Positions 32,209 to 43,566 are shown, numbered from the stretch's first letter. The stretch is 64,000 nucleotides of DNA from Anaeromyxobacteraceae bacterium (GCA_032654565.1 JAULAX010000018.1:288001-352000), one strand, 5' to 3'. A program made the numbers and translations. Notes: a model not told the origin generated them from the letters alone.

Positions 32209-32976
32209 GTGCGTCTCAACGCCCTCGCCGCGGTCGTGTTGCTCGGCGCGCTGCCGGCGCTGGCCGCGGCGCGCGAGATCCCGCCCCTGGGCGGCCCGGT
32301 GGTGGACGAGGCCGGCGTGCTGTCCGGCGCCGAGGTCCGCCGGCTCGACGGGCTGGCGCGAGCGGCGCGCGAGGTCGAGGGGCGGCGGGGCGTCCAGCTG
32401 CAGTTCCTGCTGGTGAAGACCCTGGACGGCGAGGCCATCGAGGACTTCGCCATCCGGGTGGCCGAGCGCTGGAAGCTGGGCGACGCCGCCCGGGACAACG
32501 GCGTGCTGCTGGTGGCGGCCATCGACGACCGCAAGGTCCGCATCGAGGTGGGCAACGGCATCGAGGGCGGCCTCACCGACGCCCAGGCCTCCCGCATCAT
32601 CCGCGGCGCCATCGCCCCGGCCTTCCGCGCCGGCCGCTACGGCGAGGGGCTCCACCAGGCCGGGGTGGAGGTGCTGCAGGTGCTGGGCGCCCTGCCGGAG
32701 GGGGTCAGGGGCCGTCCGGAGGCCCGCGCCGGCCGGGTGGGCAGCCGGTTCGGCGGCCTGCTCATGGCCGTCCTGGTGATCGTCTTCATCGTCATCCGGG
32801 CCATCTTCGGCCTGGGGCGCCGTGGCCTGCTGGGCGGGCGCGGGGGCTGGGGCGGCGGCGGCTTCGGTGGGGGCGGCTTCGGCGGCGGTGGCTTCGGCGG
32901 CAGCGGCGGCGGCGGTGGTGGCTGGAGCGGCGGCGGCGGTGGCTTCTCCGGCGGCGGCGCGTCGGGGAGCTGGTAG
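32209..32976 (+). CDS. TPM-domain protein (YgcG-like) with Gly-rich tail
   Basis: VVDEAGVL, DNGVLL, RIEVGNGIEG, GGGGFSGGGASGSW. Confidence 0.9.
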   Translation: MRLNALAAVVLLGALPALAAAREIPPLGGPVVDEAGVLSGAEVRRLDGLARAAREVEGRRGVQLQFLLVKTLDGEAIEDFAIRVAERWKLGDAARDNGVLLVAAIDDRKVRIEVGNGIEGGLTDAQASRIIRGAIAPAFRAGRYGEGLHQAGVEVLQVLGALPEGVRGRPEARAGRVGSRFGGLLMAVLVIVFIVIRAIFGLGRRGLLGGRGGWGGGGFGGGGFGGGGFGGSGGGGGGWSGGGGGFSGGGASGSW

Positions 32977-32984
32977 GAGGCGGC

Positions 32985-33626
32985 ATGGAGCTGGAGCGGA
33001 GCTTCGACGAGGCGGCGCGCGCCCGGGTGGCCGAGGCGGTCCGGGTGGCCGAGGCCGGCTCACGCGGCCAGGTGGTCCCGGTGGTGGTGGCGAGGAGCGA
33101 CGCCTACCCCGAGGCCCGGCTGCGCGGGGCCCTGCTGGGCGCCGCGGCGGTCACCGCGGGGCTGCTGCTCTCGCCGCTCCCGGTGACGCCGGGCGAGCTG
33201 CCGCTGGCCCAGCTGGCCGGGGCGCTGCTCGGCTGGGGGCTCACCTGGCTGGCGCCGGTGGAGCGGTTCCTGGTGGGCCACCAGCACCTCGACCGCGAGG
33301 TGAGGGCCCGGGCCATGCGCGCCTTCCTGGAGCACGGCCTGCACCAGACCAGCGAGGGGACCGGCGTGCTGGTCTTCGCCTCGCTGCTGGAGCGCGAGGC
33401 GGTGGTGCTGGGCGACCACGGCATCCACGCCCGGGTCGGCGACGGCGAGTGGCAGGCCACCGTCGACGCGCTGGTGGCCGGGATGAAGCGGGGAGCGCCG
33501 GCCGACGGCTTCGTCGAGGCCATCGGCCGCTGCGGGACCCGGCTGGCGGAGCACTTCCCGCGCGACGGCGCCGCCGCGCCGACGCCCAACGAGCTGCCCG
33601 ACGCCATCAAGCTCGACCGGAGCTGA
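32985..33626 (+). CDS. TPM-domain membrane protein
   Basis: TGVLVFASLLER, LAEHFP, NELPD; typical third gene of lemA operons. Confidence 0.85.
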   Translation: MELERSFDEAARARVAEAVRVAEAGSRGQVVPVVVARSDAYPEARLRGALLGAAAVTAGLLLSPLPVTPGELPLAQLAGALLGWGLTWLAPVERFLVGHQHLDREVRARAMRAFLEHGLHQTSEGTGVLVFASLLEREAVVLGDHGIHARVGDGEWQATVDALVAGMKRGAPADGFVEAIGRCGTRLAEHFPRDGAAAPTPNELPDAIKLDRS

Positions 33627-33725
33627 GGGCTCCACTCACCGGGCCCGCTCCGTTCTGCGGCTCAGGCAGGCTGTCTGCGCCGCCTCCAGGGTCCGACCCC
33701 GGATCCGACTCGGCGCGTGGTGCGC

Positions 33726-35264
<1,539 letters not shown>

Positions 35265-35402
35265 GGGCCGCGCAAAATAGCACGCCGCCGAGGTCACGCC
35301 GGGCCCGCAGGCGCCTCCCGGGAGGAGGACCATCAGAGGGGTCGCGCCGCCGGCCCGCCGGCCCTACACTCCTCCCGTCTTCAGTCCCCCAAGGAGCACC
35401 CG

Positions 35403-38114
35403 ATGACCATGCGACCCGCGCTCGCCCTCGCCCTGGCCCTGCTCGCCAGCTCCGCCAGCGCCCAGGAAGTCCCGGAGATCCCCTTCACCCGCTACGTCCT
35501 CAGGAACGGGCTGACGCTGGTGGTCCACGAGGACCACAAGGCGCCCATCGCCGCGGTCAACGTCTGGTACCACGTCGGCTCCAAGAACGAGAAGCCGGGC
35601 CGGACCGGGTTCGCCCACCTCTTCGAGCACCTGATGTTCCAGCCCTCCGAGCACCTCACCGGGGACGTCCTCAAGACCCTGGAGGAGCTGGGGGCCAGCG
35701 ACCTCAACGGCACCACCAACCAGGACCGGACCAACTACTTCGAGAACGTGCCGGTCTCGGCGCTCGACGCCGCCCTCTTCATCGAGTCGGATCGGATGGG
35801 CCACCTGCTCGGCGCCATCGACCAGAAGAAGCTCGACCTGCAGCGGGGCGTGGTGCAGAACGAGAAGCGTCAGGGCGAGGACCGGCCCTATGGGAAGGTC
35901 TACCAGGCGCTCCAGGCGGTCCTCTACCCCGCCGGCCACCCGTACTCCTGGACCGTCATCGGCTCGATGGCCGACCTCAACGCCGCCTCGCTCGACGACG
36001 TCAAGGAGTGGTTCTCCACCTGGTACGGCCCGTCCAACGCCACGCTGGTGGTGGCCGGCGACGTCACCCCGGAGGACGTCAAGGCCCGCGTCGAGCGGTA
36101 CTTCGGACACATCCCCCCCGGCCCGCCGGTGGCCCGGCCGGCGGCCTGGGTGGCCCGGCGGACCGGCGAGCAGCGGCTCGAGCTGCAGGACCGGGTCCCG
36201 CAGGCCCGGATCTACCTCACCTGGAACACCCCGCAGGCGGGCACCCAGGACGACACCCTGCTCGACCTGGCCGGCCAGGTGCTCTCCTCGGGCAAGAGCT
36301 CCCGCCTCTACAAGCGGCTGGTCTACGACGAGCAGCTGGCCACCGACGTGGCGGCCTACCAGGCCTCCGCCGAGATCGGCTCACGCTTCGCCGTCACCGC
36401 CACGGTCCGGCCGGGCGGCGACCCGGCCCGGGTGGAGGCGATCGTCAAGGAGGAGCTGGCCCGGCTGGTGGCCAGGGGTCCGACCGCCGACGAGCTGGCC
36501 CGGGCCCGCACCGAGGCGCTGGCCGGCTTCATCCGCGGCGTCGAGCGGATCGGCGGCTTCGGCGGCAAGTCCGACGTGCTGGCCCAGGGGCAGGTCTACC
36601 AGGGCGATCCGTCGGCCTACCGGAAGACCACCGGCTGGACCCGCGCCGCCACCCCGGCCCAGGTGCAGGACGTGGCCCGGCGCTGGCTCACCGACGGCCT
36701 GGTGGTCCTCACCGTCCGCCCCTTCGGCGACCGGCTCGCCGCCTTCGCCCCCGACGTCGACCGGAGCGCCCTCCCGCGGCCCGGCCCGCAGCCGGAGACG
36801 GCGTTCCCGGCCCTGCAGCGCGCCACGCTCGGCAACGGCCTGAAGGTGGTGCTGGTGGAGCGTCACGCCGTGCCGGTGGTCAACCTCGGCCTGCGGGTCG
36901 ACGCCGGCTACGCCTCCGACGTCGGCGGCCTGCCCGGCACCGCCATGCTGGCCTCGGCCATGCTCGACGAGGGGACCACCACGCGCAGCTCGCTCCAGAT
37001 CAGCGACGAGCTGCAGCGGCTCGGGGCCATGCTCTCCACCGGCTCCAACCTCGACCAGAGCCAGATCTCCCTCGACGCCCTCAAGGCCAACCTCGACGGC
37101 TCGCTGGCCATCTTCGCCGACGTGGTCCTCAACCCCAGCTTCCCCGCGGCCGACTTCGAGCGGCTCAGGAAGCAGCAGCTGGCCGGCATCGAGCAGGAGC
37201 AGGCCCGGCCGTCGAGCCTGGCCATGCGCCTCATGCCGGGGCTGCTCTTCGGCGCCGGCCACCCCTACGGGAACCCGCTCTCCGGCTCGGGCACCGCGGC
37301 CGCGGTGAAGAAGCTGACCCGCGACGACGTGGTCCGCTGGCGCAACACCTGGTTCAAGCCCAACGCCGCCACCCTGCTGGTGGTGGGCGACACCACGCTG
37401 GCCGAGCTGACGCCGAAGCTGGAGAAGGCCCTGGGCGGCTGGAAGCGCGGCGAGGTCCCGACCCGGGCGATCGGCGCCGGCGCCCCGGCCACGCCGGGGA
37501 TCTACCTCGTCGATCGGCCCGGCGCCGAGCAGTCGGTCATCGTCATGGGCGCGGTGGCCCCGCCGCGCAACAACCCCCGGGCCATCGAGCAGGAGGTGAT
37601 GAACGCCATCTTCGGCGGCCAGTTCTCCTCGCGCATCAACGCCAACCTGCGCGAGGACAAGCACTGGACCTACGGCGCCTCCGCCTTCCTGGTGGCCGCC
37701 CGCGGCCCGCGCCCCTACCTGGGGATGGCCCCGGTGCAGACCGACAAGACCCGGGAGGCGCTGGCCGAGCTCATCAAGGAGGTGAAGGGGATCCGCGGCG
37801 AGCGGCCGGTCACCGCCGTCGAGCTGGCGGCCGCCCAGGCCTCCATGACCCTGGCGCTCCCCGGTGAGTGGGAGACGGCCCGGGCCGTGGCCGGCTCCAC
37901 CGCCGAGATCCTGCGCTTCGGCCTCGACGACCGGTACTGGGACGGCTACGCCGCCCGGGTGCGGGCGGTGACGCCGCAGGCGGTGACCGAGGCCGCCCAG
38001 GTCCTCGACCCGGCCCACATGGTCTGGGTGGTGGTGGGCGACCGGGCCAAGGTGGAGGCGGGGCTGAAGGAGCTCGGCCTGGGCGACCCGAAGCTGGTCG
38101 ACCTGCTTCAGTAG
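35403..38114 (+). CDS. M16 (pitrilysin/PqqL-like) zinc peptidase
   Basis: Signal peptide, HLFEH (HxxEH), second half with LREDKHWTY. Confidence 0.92.
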   Translation: MTMRPALALALALLASSASAQEVPEIPFTRYVLRNGLTLVVHEDHKAPIAAVNVWYHVGSKNEKPGRTGFAHLFEHLMFQPSEHLTGDVLKTLEELGASDLNGTTNQDRTNYFENVPVSALDAALFIESDRMGHLLGAIDQKKLDLQRGVVQNEKRQGEDRPYGKVYQALQAVLYPAGHPYSWTVIGSMADLNAASLDDVKEWFSTWYGPSNATLVVAGDVTPEDVKARVERYFGHIPPGPPVARPAAWVARRTGEQRLELQDRVPQARIYLTWNTPQAGTQDDTLLDLAGQVLSSGKSSRLYKRLVYDEQLATDVAAYQASAEIGSRFAVTATVRPGGDPARVEAIVKEELARLVARGPTADELARARTEALAGFIRGVERIGGFGGKSDVLAQGQVYQGDPSAYRKTTGWTRAATPAQVQDVARRWLTDGLVVLTVRPFGDRLAAFAPDVDRSALPRPGPQPETAFPALQRATLGNGLKVVLVERHAVPVVNLGLRVDAGYASDVGGLPGTAMLASAMLDEGTTTRSSLQISDELQRLGAMLSTGSNLDQSQISLDALKANLDGSLAIFADVVLNPSFPAADFERLRKQQLAGIEQEQARPSSLAMRLMPGLLFGAGHPYGNPLSGSGTAAAVKKLTRDDVVRWRNTWFKPNAATLLVVGDTTLAELTPKLEKALGGWKRGEVPTRAIGAGAPATPGIYLVDRPGAEQSVIVMGAVAPPRNNPRAIEQEVMNAIFGGQFSSRINANLREDKHWTYGASAFLVAARGPRPYLGMAPVQTDKTREALAELIKEVKGIRGERPVTAVELAAAQASMTLALPGEWETARAVAGSTAEILRFGLDDRYWDGYAARVRAVTPQAVTEAAQVLDPAHMVWVVVGDRAKVEAGLKELGLGDPKLVDLLQ

Positions 38115-38554
38115 GCCAGCTTCACCCGGACCACGGTCTCGCCGGCCCGGCAGTCGATGCGGGCGTCGTCCCATCCGGGCGGCCCCAGCTTGCCGGTGGC
38201 GCCGTTGGAGGCCCCGGTCCCCTCGGTGGGACCGGGGAGCGGGAACCAGCCCATGTCGAGCTTGCCGTTGCCGTTCTCGTCGTGGAAGACCGAGACCGCG
38301 CAGGGGCCGGTGGGCAGCCCCTCCAGCACCGCCCACATGGTGCCCGGCGTGGCCTTGAGACGCAGCACCTTGGCGGCGCGGGCCAGGTCCAGCCAGGCCA
38401 CCTTGCTGCCGTAGACGGCGATGACCAGCTGCCCCTTGGCCCCCTTCACCCCTTCGACGGCGAAGGCCAGGGTGGAGGTGGTCTCGCCCGGCGGGGGCGG
38501 CGCCGCCTGGGCCGGGGCCTGGGAGAGGAGGAGGGCGAGCAGGGGAGCGTACAT
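38108..38554 (-). CDS. DUF2141-family secreted protein
   Basis: AVSVFHDENGNGKLD, PTEGTGASN. Confidence 0.85.
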   Translation of the reverse strand: MYAPLLALLLSQAPAQAAPPPPGETTSTLAFAVEGVKGAKGQLVIAVYGSKVAWLDLARAAKVLRLKATPGTMWAVLEGLPTGPCAVSVFHDENGNGKLDMGWFPLPGPTEGTGASNGATGKLGPPGWDDARIDCRAGETVVRVKLAY

Positions 38555-38597
38555 GGCCCTCTCCTAGCACGGCGCCCGGCCCCGGGCCGCCTCCAGC

Positions 38598-38634
38598 GTC
38601 GGGCCACCCGATGTGGGCGTCGGGAATCCCCGAC
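38598..38634. promoter_or_regulatory. Tandem palindromes, candidate enhancer (UAS) for a sigma-54 activator
   Basis: GTCGGG-cca-CCCGAT (38598) and GTCGGG-aatc-CCCGAC (38619), 21 bp apart. Confidence 0.55.
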
Positions 38635-38676
38635 ATCCCACCTCGCCAAACCCCCGGAATCCCGGACCCGGCCGGC

Positions 38677-38692
38677 TGGCAGGCCGGGTGCA
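38677..38692 (+). promoter_or_regulatory. Sigma-54 (-24/-12) promoter
   Basis: TGGCAGGCCGGGTGCA, GG-N10-GC. Confidence 0.65.
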
Positions 38693-38741
38693 ATGAACTG
38701 GCTCGGGCGCAGACGAACGGCCCCGCGCAAGGGAGAACGCC

Positions 38742-39068
38742 ATGACCACCACCTCGAAGAGCACCAGCAAGACCTTCACCCTCATCGGTGCCGGCGTCGG
38801 CCTCGCCGCCTTCCTGGCCGTCGGCCTGCTCCCCTCCATCCTCTACGGCGGCTACGCCGGCGTGCTGCTGGCCGGCGGGATCTTCGGGACGCCGGTGGAC
38901 TCCACCTTCGCGGTGCGCGCCCTCATCGTCTCCGGCACCGTGCTCGGCGTGGTCCTCTGCGCCTCGCTCTTCGCCGCCCTGGGCGCCGCCATCGGCGCCG
39001 GCATCGCCGCCCTGACCGGCACCGCCGCCAGCGTCGAGGCCGCCGCGCCGGTCGAGACCAAGCGCTAG
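38742..39068 (+). CDS. Small hydrophobic membrane protein
   Basis: GGAG RBS; Gly/Ala-rich TM segments; GC3-biased codons. Confidence 0.8.
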   Translation: MTTTSKSTSKTFTLIGAGVGLAAFLAVGLLPSILYGGYAGVLLAGGIFGTPVDSTFAVRALIVSGTVLGVVLCASLFAALGAAIGAGIAALTGTAASVEAAAPVETKR

Positions 39069-39173
39069 CCTCCCGCTCACCTCGAAGGTGGTCGCCGCGC
39101 CCCGGGAGACCGGGGCGCGCTGCGTCTGGAGGCGGGCGCGCCGCTCCCCGGGCGGGCGTGGTAGAGCCGGGCC

Positions 39174-40061
39174 GTGGCCGAAGACCCCATCATCGTCCCC
39201 TTCTCCGACGCCGGCGCCCGCCTCGACAAGTGGCTGGCGGCCCACTCCGGCCAGACGCTGGAGCGCGCCCGCTGGCTCATCGACCAGGGGCGGGTCCGCA
39301 TCCGCGGCAAGACCTGCTCGCCGGTCCGCAAGCTCTTCGGCGGCGAGGAGATCGAGGTGGTGCTGCCGCCGCCCCGCGCCATCCGCCCCGGCGACGCCGC
39401 CGGCCCGGACCTGGCGCTGCTGCACGACGACGCCGCCTGCGTGGTGGTCAACAAGGTGGCCGGCCTGCCGGTGGAGCCGATCAAGCCCGGCGGGGTCTCG
39501 GTGGTCTCGGCGGTGAGCCGCCTGGGCGGCTTCGACGTGGCCGGGCGCAACCTCCCCGGGCTGCCGCACCGGCTCGACGCCCAGACCAGCGGCTGCCTGA
39601 TGCTGGCCCGCACCGACCTGGCGCTGGCGGCGCTGCGCCGGGCCTTCGAGGAGGGGCAGGTGGAGAAGGAGTACCTGGCGCTGGTGGCCGGGGCGCCGCC
39701 CGACGAGCAGGCGCTCGACCAGCCCTACGGCCGCGATCCCGCCGATCCCCGGCGCTTCACCACCCGGGTCCACTCGGCGCGGCGGGCCCGCCTCTCCTGG
39801 AAGGTGGAGCGGCGCTTCGAGGGGGCGGCGCTGCTGCGGGTCCGGCTCGACACCGGGCGGACCCACCAGATCCGCGTCCAGCTCGCCGAGGCCGGCTTCC
39901 CGGTGCTGGGCGACGTGGTCTACGGCCTGGCCTCGAAGCTGCTGACCCGCCAGGCGCTCCACGCCGCCCGGCTGGCCTTCCCGTCCCCGCTGGGCGAGCG
40001 GGTCGACGTGACCGCGCCGCTCCCCAGGGACCTGCAGGCGGCGCTGGCGGCGCTGGCGTGA
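39174..40061 (+). CDS. RluA/RluD-family pseudouridine synthase
   Basis: S4-like RLDKWL, HRLD, TGRTHQIRVQ, QALHA. Confidence 0.92.
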   Translation: MAEDPIIVPFSDAGARLDKWLAAHSGQTLERARWLIDQGRVRIRGKTCSPVRKLFGGEEIEVVLPPPRAIRPGDAAGPDLALLHDDAACVVVNKVAGLPVEPIKPGGVSVVSAVSRLGGFDVAGRNLPGLPHRLDAQTSGCLMLARTDLALAALRRAFEEGQVEKEYLALVAGAPPDEQALDQPYGRDPADPRRFTTRVHSARRARLSWKVERRFEGAALLRVRLDTGRTHQIRVQLAEAGFPVLGDVVYGLASKLLTRQALHAARLAFPSPLGERVDVTAPLPRDLQAALAALA

Positions 40062-40106
40062 CGGGTGGAGCCGGTCCGGGCGGGGCCCGGGCCGAGGGGG
40101 CCAGCC

Positions 40107-40313
40107 TCAGGCGGTGACGGCGTCGGGGGCCACGTCGAGCGAGCGGCCGTTGGGGAGCAGGTGCAGGGGGACCGCGTGGCCGGCCTCGCCGAGCGCGAAG
40201 CGGGCGCAGTGCTGGTAGCGGCCGTCGCAGTACCAGGAGGTCCAGACCCGCAGCGACGGCTTGGAGCCGAAGAGCTGGTAGAGCGGACACTCGCAGGCGT
40301 GGTTGCAGGCCAT
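40107..40313 (-). CDS. Small Cys-rich hypothetical protein (68 aa)
   Basis: GGAGG RBS; MACNHACECPLY...YCDGRYQHCARF...LLPNG. Confidence 0.75.
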   Translation of the reverse strand: MACNHACECPLYQLFGSKPSLRVWTSWYCDGRYQHCARFALGEAGHAVPLHLLPNGRSLDVAPDAVTA

Positions 40314-40349
40314 GGCTTCCTCCGGGTTCGCCAGACGAGGGGGCACCAA

Positions 40350-40365
40350 TGCAATGGGTCAGCCA
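40350..40365 (-). promoter_or_regulatory. Sigma-54 (-24/-12) promoter
   Basis: Minus strand TGGCTGACCCATTGCA, GG-N10-GC with TTGC. Confidence 0.65.
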
Positions 40366-40622
40366 AACCTTCGAGGCGAACCCACCGGAGGTCGAGGCGG
40401 GAAAAGCGGTGAGATCGCGGCGCCTTGGGTGTTCGGGCGCACCGATACCGCGGCCGCCGCGGGGTCTCGCCTACCGGCAGCGGCCCGACCCCGGGTCAAC
40501 CGTGACCGGTCCGGGCGGCGTCGCGTCCCGGACCGTTCGCCGGCCGGGAGCAGAGGCCCGGCGGCCGTCGCCGTCGCCCCTTGTCCCCCCGCCCCCCGGC
40601 GTGTGAGAACCGCGCGCCCCCG

Positions 40623-42659
40623 ATGCTCGACCTCTCCACGCTCAACCCGCCGCAGCTCGAGGCGGTCAAGACCACCGACGGCCCGCTGCTGGTGCTGGCC
40701 GGCGCCGGCTCCGGCAAGACCCGCGTCATCGCCCACCGGGTCGCCTGGCTGATCCAGCAGGGGCTCGACCCGGCGGCCATCCTCGCCGTCACCTTCACCA
40801 ACAAGGCGGCGGCCGAGATGCGGGAGCGGGTGGCCCACCTGGCCGGCCACGCCGGCACCCAGGTGCGGGTCTCCACCTTCCACGCCTTCGGCCTCTGGCT
40901 GCTCGGCGAGGAGCACACCGCCGCCGGGCTGCCCCGGCGCTTCGCCATCGCCGACGCCGGCGACCAGCAGGCGCTGGTGAAGCGCTGCATGCGCGAGGTC
41001 AAGGTGGACGACCGGTCCTTCGACCCGCGCCGCGTCCTCTGGCTGATCTCCGGCGCCAAGAACGCCCTGAAGAAGAAGATCGTGCCCCGGCCGGAGGGGC
41101 AGGGGGACGACTACGACCTGATCGCCGCCGAGGTCTTCCCCCGCTACCAGCAGGCGCTCCGCGCCCAGCGCGCCGTCGACTTCGACGACCTGATCGCCCG
41201 CCCCGTCGAGCTGCTCAAGAAGGACCCGGCGCTGCGCCGCAAGTACCAGGCCCGCTTCAGCCACCTGCTGGTGGACGAGTACCAGGACACCAACGCCTGC
41301 CAGCTGGAGCTGCTCAAGCTGCTCTGCGGCGAGCGGCGGAACGTCTGCGCGGTGGGCGACGACGACCAGGCCATCTACGGCTGGCGCGGCGCCGAGGTGA
41401 AGAACATCCTCCGCTTCGACCGCCACTTCCCCGGCGCCGTCGAGGTGCGCCTGGAGCAGAACTACCGCTCCACCGGCCACATCCTGGCCTGCGCCAACGG
41501 CGTCATCTCCAAGAACGCCGCCCGCAAGCCCAAGAAGCTCTGGACCAGCGCCGGCCCCGGCCAGCCGGTGCGGGTGGTGGCCTGCGAGAGCGAGGAGGAG
41601 GAGGCCCGCTTCGTGGCCGGCGAGATCTCCCGGCTGCGCTCCGAGGGGCGCCCCTGGAGCGACTTCGCCGTGCTCTACCGGCTCAACGCGCAGTCACGGC
41701 CGGTGGAGGAGGCGCTGCGCGAGACCCAGATGCCCCACCAGGTCCACGGCGGCTCGGCCTTCTTCGACCGCTCCGAGGTGCGCGACCTGCTGGCCTACCT
41801 GAAGGTGGTGGCCTCGCCCGACGACGAGGCCTCGCTGGCCCGCATCGTCAACGTGCCGCCGCGCGGCATCGGCGACGCCAGCGTCGAGAAGGTCCACGCC
41901 CACGCCGTGGCCCACGCCCTGCCGCTGCTGGAGGCCTTCCGCCAGGCCGACCGGGTCGAGGGGCTGGTCCGCGGCGCCCAGGACAAGGTGGCCGACTTCG
42001 TGGCCCTGGTGGACCGGACCCGGGCCGCCTTCCGCGGCGGCGACCTGCTGGCGGCGGCGCGCCGGCTGGTCGAGGAGCTCGACCTCTACGCCTACGCCCG
42101 CGGCTCGATGGCCTCGGCGGTGGCCGGGCAGCGCAAGGTGGACGGGATCGACGGCATCCTGCGCTCGCTGGAGTGGTACCAGGGGCGCCACCCGCGCGGC
42201 TCGCTGGCCACCTGGCTGCAGCGGCTGGCGCTCGACAGCCGCGAGGAGGAGGACCCGGCGGCCGAGCAGGGCATCTCGCTGATGACGCTGCACGCCTCCA
42301 AGGGACTGGAGTACCCGGTGGTCTTCCTGGTCGGCGCCGAGGAGGACCTGCTCCCCTGCGCCGGGATCCAGGGGGAGGCCCGCGACCTCGACGAGGAGCG
42401 GCGGCTGGCCTACGTGGGGATCACCCGGGCCCGCGAGCTGCTCTACCTGACCCGGTCCACGCAGCGGCTGAAGCGGGGCCAGGTGCAGCTGCGGACCCCG
42501 TCGCGCTTCCTCGAGGAGCTGCCGCCGGCCTCGCACGAGAAGATCGATCCCAGCGCCATGGCCGCCACGCCGGAGGAGCTGGCGGTCCACACCTCGAGCG
42601 GGATGGCGGAGCTGCGGGCCCGGCTGGCGGCGGCCGGCGGCCCCACGCAGACGGGCTAG
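40623..42659 (+). CDS. UvrD/Rep/PcrA-family DNA helicase
   Basis: AGAGSGKT, TFTNKAA, VDEYQDTN, LEQNYRST, EERRLAYVGITRA. Confidence 0.95.
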   Translation: MLDLSTLNPPQLEAVKTTDGPLLVLAGAGSGKTRVIAHRVAWLIQQGLDPAAILAVTFTNKAAAEMRERVAHLAGHAGTQVRVSTFHAFGLWLLGEEHTAAGLPRRFAIADAGDQQALVKRCMREVKVDDRSFDPRRVLWLISGAKNALKKKIVPRPEGQGDDYDLIAAEVFPRYQQALRAQRAVDFDDLIARPVELLKKDPALRRKYQARFSHLLVDEYQDTNACQLELLKLLCGERRNVCAVGDDDQAIYGWRGAEVKNILRFDRHFPGAVEVRLEQNYRSTGHILACANGVISKNAARKPKKLWTSAGPGQPVRVVACESEEEEARFVAGEISRLRSEGRPWSDFAVLYRLNAQSRPVEEALRETQMPHQVHGGSAFFDRSEVRDLLAYLKVVASPDDEASLARIVNVPPRGIGDASVEKVHAHAVAHALPLLEAFRQADRVEGLVRGAQDKVADFVALVDRTRAAFRGGDLLAAARRLVEELDLYAYARGSMASAVAGQRKVDGIDGILRSLEWYQGRHPRGSLATWLQRLALDSREEEDPAAEQGISLMTLHASKGLEYPVVFLVGAEEDLLPCAGIQGEARDLDEERRLAYVGITRARELLYLTRSTQRLKRGQVQLRTPSRFLEELPPASHEKIDPSAMAATPEELAVHTSSGMAELRARLAAAGGPTQTG

Positions 42660-42907
42660 CCGATGGCCCGGGCCCGGCAGAGCGGGACGCAGAGCCCGCA
42701 GGCGGTGCAGACCGCCTGGTCGATCACCAGCGCCTCGCCGCCCAGATCCTCGATGGCCGGGCAGGAGAGCTTCAGGCAGCTCCCGCAGCGGTTGCAGCGG
42801 CGCTCCTCGATGGCGAGCGGCGCCAGGCGCGGCGCCGGTTCCGGCCCGGGCCGGTCGGGCGTGATCGGCCGCAGCTGCTTTCGAGGGAGGCTCACGGGGG
42901 TGTTCAT
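42656..42907 (-). CDS. Small 4Fe-4S ferredoxin-like protein
   Basis: CNRCGSC....CPAI and CTACGLCVPLC. Confidence 0.75.
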   Translation of the reverse strand: MNTPVSLPRKQLRPITPDRPGPEPAPRLAPLAIEERRCNRCGSCLKLSCPAIEDLGGEALVIDQAVCTACGLCVPLCRARAIG

Positions 42908-43042
42908 AGCGACCCGGCGGAGGTGCCGCCACGGGGTGGCCGGCCCGTTGGGTCCGGGGCTGGTAATCGGGGGGGCTCCCGTATAAATTGCCCCTCCCTC
43001 GTTGGCGACGGCGCAGCGCGCCGTGCCAGGGGTCGCCGACCC

Positions 43043-43071
43043 TTGACAAGGGCTCGTCGTTCCTCTAGAAC
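43043..43071 (+). promoter_or_regulatory. Sigma-70 promoter of rplM-rpsI
   Basis: TTGACA, 17 nt, TAGAAC. Confidence 0.75.
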
Positions 43072-43107
43072 GCGCCTTCCATTTTCCCGGGAAAAGCAGG
43101 TCCTTCC

Positions 43108-43554
43108 ATGTCCAGAACCACGCACAGCGCCACCCGCGAAGAGGCCCTCCAGGGCCGCGCCTGGTGGGTCGTCGACGGCTCCGAGCAGACCGTCGGCCGT
43201 CTCGCCACCCGCATCGCCTCCATCCTGAAGGGCAAGCACAAGCCCCTCTACACGCCGTCGCTCGACACCGGCGACTTCGTGGTGGTGGTGAACGCCGAGA
43301 AGGTCCGCTTCACCGGCAAGAAGGAGACGGACAAGCTCTACTTCACCCACTCCATGCACCCGGGCGGAGAGAAGCTGACCCCGCCGGACAAGCTCCGGCA
43401 GAAGCACCCCACCGGGCCGCTGGTCAACGCCGTCAAGCGCATGCTGCCCCGCAGCGCGCTGGGCCGGCAGATGATGACCAAGCTCAAGGTCTACGTGGGC
43501 GCCACCCATCCGCACGCGGCGCAGAAGCCCCAGCCGCTCGTCCTTTCGAAGTGA
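43108..43554 (+). CDS. rplM: 50S ribosomal protein L13
   Basis: GRLATRIA, GKHKPLYTP, DTGDFVVVVNA, HPHAAQ. Confidence 0.98.
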   Translation: MSRTTHSATREEALQGRAWWVVDGSEQTVGRLATRIASILKGKHKPLYTPSLDTGDFVVVVNAEKVRFTGKKETDKLYFTHSMHPGGEKLTPPDKLRQKHPTGPLVNAVKRMLPRSALGRQMMTKLKVYVGATHPHAAQKPQPLVLSK

Positions 43555-43566
43555 GGAACTGACCGA

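Noticed and set aside
32836..32973. GGC-rich low-complexity repeat
   Set aside because: Normal Gly-rich C-terminus of TPM/YgcG proteins
40470..40545. c-di-GMP-I (GEMM) riboswitch-like text on the minus strand (GGCGAAC...GGGACGC)
   Set aside because: Lacks the GNRA-capped P2 and the GCAAA signature; better explained as a simple CGGTCCGGG/CCCGGACCG hairpin
43012..43028. Sigma-54-like TGGCACG upstream of the ferredoxin gene (minus strand)
   Set aside because: GG-to-GC spacing is 11 nt, not the required 10
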